NCBI GenBank assembly: GCA_051294905.1
Contig: CM119371.1
Span: 22,942,001 to 23,002,000 of the forward strand
Source of the DNA: Botryllus schlosseri
Taxonomy: Eukaryota
DNA length: 60,000 nt
Reading direction: 5' to 3'
A model generated the notes under the pieces. That model was not told the DNA's origin and did not search any database. It worked only from the letters and a program-made list of their open reading frames with translations. The position numbers were made by a program, and so were the translations under genes. This document shows, piece by piece, positions 50,212-60,000 of this stretch. The stretch's first letter is position 1. Every line of letters begins with the position of its first letter.

Positions 50212-51832
50212 CCCGTGGATATACTCAGCTATCGCAGCTATCGCAGCTATCACTTGTGGATATACTCAGCTATCACAGCTATCGCAGCTATCACCAAAAA
50301 TCGCAGACATAGAGGTCATTTAAAGGTCACGTATCGTCTAGGGCGCAGCTATCAGCGCTGGAGCTTGTCTGGGATGAAATAGTGCGCAGCTATCATATCC
50401 GGAGCACGTCTTAGTTGAAATAGTGCGCAGCTATCAGATCCGGAGCACTTCCTGGTTGAAATAGTGCGCAGCTATCAGCTCCGGAGTACGTCCGGGTTGA
50501 AATAGTGCGCAGCTATCACTATCACTACTGTGGATATACTCAGCTATCACATCTATCACCAAAAATCGCAGACATACAGGTCATTTAAAGGTCATGTATC
50601 GTTTAGGGCGCAGCTATCAGCGCTGGAGCTCGTCTGGGTTGAAATAGTGCGCAGCTATCAGATCCGGAGCAGGTCCAGGTTGAAATAGTGCGCAGCTATC
50701 ACATCCGGAGCAAGTCTGAGTGGAAATAGTGCGCAGCTATCAGCTCCGGAGTACGTCCGGGTTGAAATAGTGCGCAGCTATCACTACTGTGGATATACTC
50801 AGCTATCGCAGCTCCCGCAGCTATCACTTGTGGATATACTCAGCTATCACAGCTATCGCAGCTATCATCAAAAATCGCAGACATAGAGGTCATTTAAAGG
50901 TCACGTATCGTCTAGGGCGCAGCTATCAGCGCTGGAGCTTGTCTGGGATGAAATAGTGCGCAGCTATCATATCCGGAGCACGTCTGAGTTGAAATAGTGC
51001 GCAGCTATCAGATCCGGAGCACTTCCTGGTTGAAATAGTGCGCAGCTATCAGCTCCGGAGTACGTCCGGGTTGAAATAGTGCGCAGCTATCACTATCACT
51101 ACTGTGGATATACTCAGCTTTCACAGCTATCACATCTATCACCAAAAATCGCAGACATACAGGTCATTTAAAGGTCATATATCGTTTAGGGCGCAGCTAT
51201 CAGCGCTGGAGCTCGTCTGGGTTGAAATAGTGCGCAGCTATCAGCTCCGGAGCACGTCCGGGTTGAAATAGTGCGCAGCTATCAGCTCCGGAGCACGTCT
51301 GGGTTGAAATAGTGCGCAGCTATCAGCTCCGGAGCACGTCTGGGTTGAAATAGTGCGCAGCTATCAGCTCCGGAGCACGTCTGGGTTGAAATAGTGCGTA
51401 GCTATCAGCTCCGGAGCACGTCTGGGTTGAAATAGTGCGCAGCTATCAGTTCTGGAGCACGTCCTGGTTGAAATAGTGCGCAGCTATCAGATCTGGAGCA
51501 AGTCTGAGTTGAAATAGTGCGCAGCTATCAGATCTGGAGCAAGTCTGAGTTGAAGTAATGCGCAGCTATCAGATTTGGAGCAAGTCTGAGTTGAAATAGT
51601 GCGCAGCTATCAGATCTGGAGTACGTCCGAGTTGAAATGGTGCGCAGCTATCAGCTCCGGAGCACGTCAGGGTTGAAATAGTGCGCAGCTATCAGTTCAG
51701 GAGCACGTCCTGGTTGAAATAGTGCGCAGCTATCAGGTCTGGAGCAAGTCCGAGTTGAAATAGTGCGCAGCTATCAGCTCCGGAGTTCGTCTGAGTTGAA
51801 ATAAAGCGCAGCTATCAGCTCCGGAGCACTTC
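50212..51832 (+). repeat. 41-bp tandem array with higher-order modules (left arm)
   Basis: Unit GAAATAGTGCGCAGCTATCAGCTCCGGAGCACGTCTGGGTT, interspersed with four head modules. Confidence 0.95.
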
Positions 51833-52539
51833 CGGATTCAGATTCATTCATTACACGGCATGCCAGGACTATCTTCGTGATTTTCAGTGTACGGGCGGTG
51901 AACAGATATTCTGACATCCACACGGGATCAAAAAAATCGTTACTTTGTATTAAAAGCTCTGCTTACGAATAATTATGCAGCTGTAAATACATATTTGTTA
52001 TAATATTGACTAACACCTGTGCGATTCCGTCACACATTTTTGGAGGTGACTCGAGTTAAGTCGAGTCAAGTCAAGTCACAAGCAAGTCAAATTGAATTTT
52101 CGAAGTATGAGAGATGATTCAAAGTCAGTACATTTTGGTAGCTGTGTGAAAGACTGATTAATTTGCTATTTATCTTGAATCAAATAACCAATATGAAGTT
52201 AAATATACATGCAAAAAGGCGTTGTATCGCTTACACACACGTAGAACTGCTAATAAAACACGTGATAAATATAGAACCGAATACAGAGATAGGTTAAAAC
52301 AAATTTATATGCATGGTACTTGAAAATGCGACCAGAAACTATTAAAAGTAAGAAAAATTAGTATATTATAAATGCGAACCATTCGATATCACCAAACATG
52401 GTTATGGAAAGTGGGTTTAAAATGACTTTAAATGGAAAATGAGCAGTCAACACAATCACTTGGACTTGGACTCGAGTCATAATACCATGACTCGGACTCG
52501 AACCTCTGCTCGATGACTTGGACTCGGACTTGACTCGGT

Positions 52540-54631
52540 GGCTGCGCACTATTTCAACTCAGAATTGCTCCGGATCTGATAGGTGCGCACTATTTCAACC
52601 TGGACGTGCTCCGGATCTGACAGCTGCGCACTATTTCAACTCAGCCTTGCTCCGGATCTGATAGCTGCGCCCTAAACGATACGTGACCTTTAAATGACCT
52701 GTATATATGCGATTTTTGGTGATAGCTGCGATAGCTGAGTATATATCCACAGTAGTGATAGCTGCGCGGTATTTCAACCCGGACGTGCTCTTGAGCTGAT
52801 AGCTGCGCTCTATTTCAACTCAGCCTTGCTCCGGATCTGATAGCTGCGCACTATTTTAACTCAGACGTGCTCCGAATCTGATAGCTGCGCACTATTTGAA
52901 CCCGGACTACCTCTGGAGCCGATAGTTGCGCATAATTCGAGTCCACATGTGCTCCGGAGATGATAGCTGCGCACTATTTGCATCCGGACTTGCTCCGGAT
53001 CTGATAGCTGCGCGCTATTTCAACCCGGACGTGCTCCGAAGCTGATAGCTGCGCACTATTTCAACTCAGACTTGCTCCGGATCTGATAGCTGCGCGCTAT
53101 TTCAACCTGGACGTGCTCCGGATCAGATAGCTGCGTGCTTCAATCAACCCGGACGTGCTCCAGAACTGATAGCTGCGCACTATTTCAACCCAGACGTGCT
53201 CCGGAGCTGATAGCTGCGCACTATTTCAACCCAGACTTGCTCCAGATCTGATAGCTGCGCACTATTTCAACCAGGACGTGCTCCGGAACTGATAGCTGCG
53301 CACTATTTCAACCCAGACGTGCTCCGGAGCTGATAGCTGTGCACTATTTCAACCCAGACTTGCTCCAGATCTGATAGCTGCGCACTATTTCAACCAGGAC
53401 GTGCTCCAGAACTGATAGCTGCGCACTATTTCAACCCAGACGTGCTCCGGAGCTGATAGCTGCGCACTATTTCAACCCAGACTTGCTCCAGATCTGATAG
53501 CTGCGCACTATTTCAACCAGGACGTGCTCCAGAACTGATAGCTGCGCACTATTTCAACCCAGACAAGCTCCAGCGCTGATAGCTGCGCCCTAAACGATAC
53601 ATGACCTTTAAATGACCTGTATGTCTGCGATTTTTGGTGATAGATGTGATAGCTGTGATAGCTGAGTATACCCACAGTAGTGATAGTGATAGCTGCGCAC
53701 TATTCCAACCCGGACGTACTCCGGAGCTGATAGCTGCGCACTATTTCAACCAGGACGTGCTCCAGAACTGATAGCTGCGCACTATTTCAACCCAGACGTG
53801 CTCCGGAGCTGATAGCTGCGCACTATTTCAACCCAGACGTGCTCCGGAGCTGATAGCTGCGCACTATTTCAACCCAGATTTCATACCAGATTTTCTTCTA
53901 ACTTGTCTCGGTCTGTGCAACACCACTCTACCAGTCTAGTGCAAAATTCAATCAGTTTTATTGGTGTCAATGTTTGGAATAAGCTGCCACCTAATCTCCG
54001 CAATTTAGACTCTTGTGCTTTTAAAAAACAATGTTTTCAATCTCTTATCTCTAACTACCGCTAAATTGTATTTGCGTTGTATTTCAAATTGGTCCATGAT
54101 ACTGTGTCTTATTTTCCCTTTCGTTCGTTAGTTTATTTTAATTTTTTTTTCATTAGTTATCGACTGTGAAAATTGCTCCTGTCCCGGGTGGCTCGGCTCT
54201 GAAGACTTTGTCATATCGAGCCTCCCGTCTACCTTGCATGTCGCATTTCACTGTAACATTTTTGTAGTGTTATGTTGATATGTAATGTATACGAATAAAG
54301 ATTCTCTCTCTCTCTCTCTCTATTTCAACCAGGAAGTGCTCCGAATCTGATAGCTGCGCACTATTTCCACTCAGACTTGCTCCGGATCTGATAGCTGCGC
54401 ACTATTTCAACTCAGACGTGCTCCGGATATGATAGCTGCGCACTACTTCATCCCAGACAAGCTCCAGCGCTGATAGCTGCGCCCTAGACGATGCGTGACC
54501 TTTAAATGACCTCTATGTCTGCGATTTTTGGTGATAGCTGCGATAGCTGTGATAGCTGAGTATATCCACAAGTGATAGCTGCGATAGCTGCGGGAGCTGC
54601 GATAGCTGCGATAGCTGAGTATATCCACGGG
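52540..54631 (-). repeat. 41-bp tandem array, inverted (right arm), interrupted by a LINE
   Basis: Reverse complement of the left-arm units (GATAGCTGCGCACTATTTCAAC...). Confidence 0.95.
53879..54320 (+). mobile_element. 5'-truncated CR1/L2-group (Crack/Daphne-like) LINE 3' end
   Basis: Open frame HTRFSSNL...NSISFIGVNVWNKLPPNLRNLDSCAFKKQCFQSLISNYR*, then a 3' UTR, AATAAA and a (TC)n tail. Confidence 0.85.
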
Positions 54632-57073
54632 GCCGAGTGCTTCTGTCTTTTGTCTGGCGGTTTGAAACCTGCGCGCCGAAACGGGCGTTCGCGTGAGGAG
54701 AAAGTGCCTTAAGCCAGTGAGTCACTCGGCTACGACGGCTAGACGGCTACACTACGGAGTACGGATGAGCAGCCGGATGGTTTTCAGCGTAGCCGGAGTA
54801 GATCCGGATTCTGAATTTGCTTTGACAGTCGGATTGTAGCAGGATTTTTCTATTGAACTATCAAATAGTATAGCCTTATTTTGGCAGCAGTTTTTCGGAT
54901 TACCCAGAATTCATAAGACTTTCAAATTGCCGCCTGAAGCCGTAATGGATTCGGATTCCAAAATTTGGAATGGCCAAGAATCAAAATATCTGCAAAATCA
55001 CGCGAAAGCGGCGTGTGACAAAAGGAAAAACATTCGATCATAGCAATTTACAACGATGTAAATTGCTATGATTAGATAGTGGCAATTATGGTGACACATC
55101 ACCCCATAAGAGTAAGACATCAATAAAATTGATAGTATAGATAAATTATACCATAAAATGAAACAATAATCGAATTTGATTCATCACAAATATATTTTCG
55201 GCATTTTGACGAAATTTGTTGGATAAGAAAAAGATGTACTCAAGATACGTTTCCGTACAAGATATGCACAAACACAATTTTGAGATAATTAGGATAACAA
55301 AAAGATATCCGAACATGTCCGAAATATATCTCGTGTTTGCTGGGGTAGCAGTATCACATATAATACTATCAAATTTTTACCTTTTCTCCGCCCATGTGAT
55401 CAGATTCACCGGTAGGGTTCATGAAGGGAGTGCATTCGAAAATTTAAGGTAAGTTATAAATGATAATGCATCTTCTGGTGGGCCAATTGTTATTAGTCAT
55501 TTCGTTGTATGCTGTTATTTCTTGACCCCCCATCAGGATTGTCGATTGTATCGGTAGTGGAAATAGTTGAAATATATTGAAATCGCCTAAATGTACCATC
55601 AACAAATTTCTTTCGCGAGGAGCACACGATTCCGATTTCAGCTCAGAGTGAGAAGGGTGCTACTCAATCAAAATTGAAAAATGAATTTATATTGAATTGC
55701 GCGGAGCGAAAAGAAAATTTCAAGATTAATTAAAATCTCTTAAAAGATTTAGGAGTGATTTCGTAGTTCCCATTTGCATGTCTACAACCGCCAACACATA
55801 CTATTTGAATTAGGTGTCGAAGGCCGCACAAATTCCCTTCTACGACCGCAGGTTGCTCATCCCTGAGCTAGTAGTATACATATGGTACGTCTTACGCCAA
55901 GTTTAAATCCGCATTCCCGTTGTTGAGTCTTTAACATTTCTAACAAATTCCACAAAAATTGTTTGGAAATAGCAAAAAACATTGAACAGGACATCAATTT
56001 ATTTCAAGGTAGGTTGCACTGAGACTAATCCTAATGCTGGTAGTGACCACAGAGAGCCTGGCGTTGCTCTGTACTGCGATGCTAAATTTGATCAGTTCTG
56101 TCTTAGGCAGTGCAGTTCGCCAGCTATTACCAACAGCTATCCAGCGCACGGAGCTTTAGGCTACTGCCGAAGTTAGAATTATTGAATGACTTACACGTGG
56201 GAATTGCTCTAGATCAGTGGTTCTGAACCTTTTTTCCTCCAGCGCCCACTTTAAAAAATTATCGTGCTCCGGTGCCCCCCACCTCATATTGTAAAGACTG
56301 TAATAAATACATTCGGTAAGAGGGAGGGGCGTAACAGCACTTCGGCAGTCCCCTCAAAACGATTTTCTTGCGTACCCATAGCGTGATAAACCAATGAACC
56401 AACTTCTGAGGGCTTCGCCCGTTACGTAATTTCGATGGTCAACAAAGTTTGTGTGGCGTGGTCTCCCTAGGCGCCATAATGAATGCATGAATGAATAAAT
56501 AGGGGGTAATTGCATATATTTCGCTATCAACTTTTTATCTTTTCAGCCCACGTAATCAGATTTACCAACAGCGCTGAGTGAGCTGTTGTATTGGAAAATG
56601 AAGGCCACAAAACTAATAATCGAACCTATTCGGGCGTGCCCGTTGGTACAATTCAATTCGTTGCGTGTTATTATTTTGTTACCTCTTGTCCGTTATATAG
56701 TCACAGGATATTGAAACGCATAAACGTATTAAACCAAAGTAAGAACACGAATCAAAATCGGTATTTCTTCACTGGCAAATAATTTTCTCTGATGGGGCGC
56801 AGATTGCGACGACATGATAATTCGGCACGAGCGATTCAAGCACCTATGGACAATTAGACTTATATTCATCGAAGTTTACTGTCAACATAACGGCAATCCT
56901 CTTTGGCGAAGATTTTCTCGCTGACGATCTTTTTTACACACTTCTCGGAGTCCCGTATTGGCCGGAGTCTTCGTGCATCATGGCCTGGCAATGGCTGACG
57001 CCGAAATGCCTATTTTTATTTTCTATAATTATGCATATTCTTCCCTGTGGGAGTCGTCAAAACATGATGTGTA

Positions 57074-58032
57074 GGGGAGATGTGGTACCGATGGATCACT
57101 GGGACCGAAAATACTTTAAAAATTCTCTATGATAATTCCATGATTACACTCCGTGAACTTGTCTACAATTGCATGCTGGCAAAATCTTTCCTCACATACA
57201 AAAAATTTCGACGTGCGCGAGCTATGGGGTCTCTGACAGATGTTTTCAGTTTTGGGGGGTGTAAACTGAATTTCGATCGACGCATACATTTGTCTTTGTA
57301 CCCTTCGACACGAACAAACCAGCAATCATTTTTAATGCGAAGTGTAGGGCTTATATCAGGCTATATAATACCACCTATTATTTTATTCAATAACTTCCTT
57401 GAGTATAATTTTTTTCGATTCATGTGTAAAATTCGTAGGTTGGGGACCGATGATACAATAGCCAAATCAAGCAAAATATTCAAGCATACTAATCATGCAA
57501 CAACTGAAACATGCCTACGTACAGAAACTCTTTATGTAATAATTGCATATGATGTTTGATCGCTATAACGAGATATTTGGAAGTCACAATGTCGATTTTC
57601 GGGCAATCTGTATCTACCCTCAAATTTATAAATTCGAGCCTAAACGAAACGTGATTTTGTGGCAACATTTGAGTTAATATATATTCTATTTTTTGACGGT
57701 TGCGACCAAGCATTCTTCTTTGGCTTGCTGTAGCTTCGATTATAATACTGAGCAAGAAAAATTGACACATCTGAGTTTTTGAGAGTATGTCTCATAGGTC
57801 CGCGGCTCGTGTGCCACTGGACCCACTGGATGGGGACCGATGATACGTTCGAGCAACAAATTTTGAACGTCCATAAATATTTTTTGAAAAGACGGATATT
57901 CCTGTATATGTGTGCGATAGGTAGAGCTTGTATCAAAGTGTTGGGCCAGCAAAAGATTCGCTGTTTTTGGCTGAACATTTTGGGCCCAGCGATCATTTTT
58001 CAATTTTTGATCCATCGGTACCACATCTCCCC
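57074..58032. mobile_element. TA-flanked MITE (Tc1/mariner-type target)
   Basis: TIR GGGGAGATGTGGTACCGATGGATCA and its inverse, TA on both sides. A partial copy starts at about 43222. Confidence 0.85.
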
Positions 58033-59024
58033 TAATTATTGTTCATTCACCGAAATATTTGATGGCACCCTTCGAGCTCACCGATTGGGGGTTTGGGTTG
58101 CAGCAGTATCGGTCCTGGTAAGGGGTCAAAGTCCAGTCGTTCTTTTCGGAACTTTGGTATATTGGAAATATTTCGCGCTTTAATCGCGATCGAGGACCAT
58201 TCGAGTACAATAAACCATAAAATATTTGTGTGTGGTATATATAGTCAGGATCAAATCAAGGTTGTTATAACCAAATATCGGGCACGGTCTCATACTCTGT
58301 GGTTCAAGCCATCCCGAATTCACATCAGCGATTGGCAATATGGGGAAATTAATGGTGTTGGATTTTGTCTTAGTGCTTTGTGTAACTACAAGTAAGTCAA
58401 CTGAGAATGGGATGCATATATCTGCTCACACTGAATTTAGTACTGTACCTAGTTGTTAATTTTAACATGAATGTATTCCAAACAAAGCAACTCATATTAT
58501 ATACTATAACGTTATATATACTATAACGTTCATGTGAGGTTGTGAACCTCAACACTAGATAGTATCATCTTTTATGATACGATGAAGAAATATTCTGACG
58601 ATTTAATTTTGTAGCTCTCAAATACAAGTATAATTGATTATTCATTTTGTGCACAAAGCTTAAAAACTTATTTCATGTACACGAGGGCGCTCAAACTCTC
58701 AAAAGTGATCTACAGTGCCTCCTCATTCGATTTTCACACGCTGTACGCTGCGGGATATATTACCTAATGCGAAAAGTTTTGTTGAAAATAACCCTAGCAA
58801 AGGTGACGGCAGTGTTTTAAGGGGAAATTGGCGATCTAAAAGTACGCGCAATTCGCTAATAACCCACTACATTTATGAAAACATATGTAGCAAACATCGC
58901 CGCGTAGCGAGACCAAAAATTTCGGGATTTGACATGTTCTGTGGAATGCTTATTTGCTCTGAATACTCAATAAGGATATGTCATACTACCGCATTATCTA
59001 ATGCGAAGCCATTTTCTTCAGCAA

Positions 59025-59132
59025 CCCCTATATCGCCCCCCCTGAGCCCAGCGCCCCCATATCGCCCTCCCTGAGCCCAGCGCCCCCATATCGCCCCACC
59101 TGAGCCCAGCGCCCCCCATATCGCCCCTGAGC
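59025..59132. repeat. GC-rich ~30-bp minisatellite, about 4 copies
   Basis: CCCATATCGCCCCCCTGAGCCCAGCGCC units. Confidence 0.85.
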
Positions 59133-60000
59133 ATTATCATCCCCGTCAAAATCGACAGTGTCCCTTGGGGGGGGGGTTGAGGCACTGGGGCAAGGTTAAG
59201 AAACACTGCTCTAGATCTGCAAAGAATATCGAAAATTTGCTCAAATGGAGTTGAAATCAGCCTATCCTCCATTGAGCGCGACTGCTGGAGTTTGAATTTG
59301 GCGAGCTTTCTTGAATACGAAATAAGTTTCATCTTCAACAATCGTCTTCTCAGAATGGTTGTGAAACACATATTTTAGTCAGAATTCATAGAGACTTTGT
59401 CAATTTCTCGCGACCCCCCTGAGAGCCTTCCGCGCCCCCAAGGTTGAGAACCACTGATCAACACTGTACTGGATCCTCGCCCATAACAACGAATCACTGA
59501 AATTTGCTCGCTGTAAACACGTCCTCCCATCATTGTTCGTTCACCTACAGAATCCATTCATATTAACTGTAAATATTGGTAGAGTTGTGGTGACATATAG
59601 TTGTCGTAAGAGAGGCGGTGCTGATGCGCCTATTTTGCCTACAAATAAACATATTATAAAAAAGGAGTTTGAATCAGCTTCGGTTAATGCATGGGTGTGA
59701 ATTCAATGTCTCGAGTTATATTCAATGGCTCGAATTTAAGCTGTACAGATCGGAAAACTGATTTCCGTCGACTCGAGGCAAATATCCGCATCTGAACTCA
59801 GCCATGCAATACCGAACACGACAAAAGTCTATTTACAACATTTGGATAAAAACGAGAAGTCCACAATGTAATACCGCCAACCTGTTTATCGTTAAGAAAT
59901 CTGAATATACAATACAACGAAATCATCTTTGCAGCATTTTTAAATCTCATCATTTTCCATTGGATTGTCACAGTCACATAGTATATGCCTCTTTTCCACC

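Larger units (their letters stand above)
50212..54631. mobile_element. Non-autonomous CCC-terminated (EnSpm-like/foldback) element with very long repetitive inverted arms
   Basis: Termini CCCGTGGATATACTCAGCTATCGCAGCT and its exact inverse, 2-bp TSD GC. Confidence 0.8.
45480..55344 (-). mobile_element. EnSpm/CACTA-type (CMC) element, no transposase seen
   Basis: TIR CCCAGCAAACAC...GTGTTTGCTGGG, 2-bp TSD GT, short AGAT/ATCT-type subterminal motifs. It cleanly interrupts a MITE. Confidence 0.8.
45208..55865. mobile_element. hAT-type MITE (family of 8701-9543, inverted) split by the EnSpm-type element
   Basis: 45208-45479 and 55345-55865 align contiguously with the reverse complement of 8701-9543. 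Flanks ATCTAATA/AGCTAGTA. Confidence 0.75.
56215..59208. mobile_element. hAT/Charlie-type element with nested insertions
   Basis: TIR CAGTGGTTCTGAACCT...AGGTTAAGAAACACTG, perfect TSD CTCTAGAT. Confidence 0.85.
45099..59456. mobile_element. hAT/Charlie-type MITE expanded to 14.4 kb by nested insertions
   Basis: TIR CAGCGGTTCTCAACCT...AGGTTGAGAACCACTG, perfect TSD ATCAACAC. The flanks rejoin to match the uninterrupted paralog near 35700. Confidence 0.88.

Noticed and set aside
50212..54631. CRISPR-like array (regular period, GTTGAAAT motif, internal palindrome)
   Set aside because: The intervening segments are variants of one sequence, not unique spacers. There are no cas genes, the context is eukaryotic, and the array is bounded by TIRs and a TSD.
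57080..58183. Cluster of overlapping 90-160 aa ORFs
   Set aside because: They lie within a MITE, have no recognisable domain, and the related copy near 43222 does not show the same ORFs.

Overview
Eukaryotic, AT-rich animal genomic DNA with GT-AG introns as short as about 60 bp. It resembles a compact marine-invertebrate (possibly tunicate) genome, but that is inference. Two host genes are supported, both on the minus strand: a spliced LRR-protein gene with a signal peptide (five phase-consistent exons, 14201 down to 1928, 3' end unresolved) and an intact single-ORF XK-related membrane protein (27606-28673). Much of the rest is transposon-derived, and matching terminal inverted repeats (TIRs) and target-site duplications (TSDs) resolve it into deep nests. 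These include many hAT-type MITEs with 8-bp TSDs, two Chapaev3 deletion derivatives, LINE 3' ends and a tRNA-derived SINE. The most notable structure is a 14.4-kb nest (45099-59456, TSD ATCAACAC). It contains a 9.9-kb EnSpm/CACTA-type element (CCCAGCAAACAC termini, 2-bp TSD) that carries a decayed 8-exon DUF4806-like gene. A second CCC-ended, 4.4-kb element, made mostly of inverted 41-bp tandem arrays, sits 16 bp upstream of that gene's ATG. No prokaryotic features or CRISPR arrays were found, and most short ORFs in the supplied track look spurious. All family assignments come from motif recall, not database searches.
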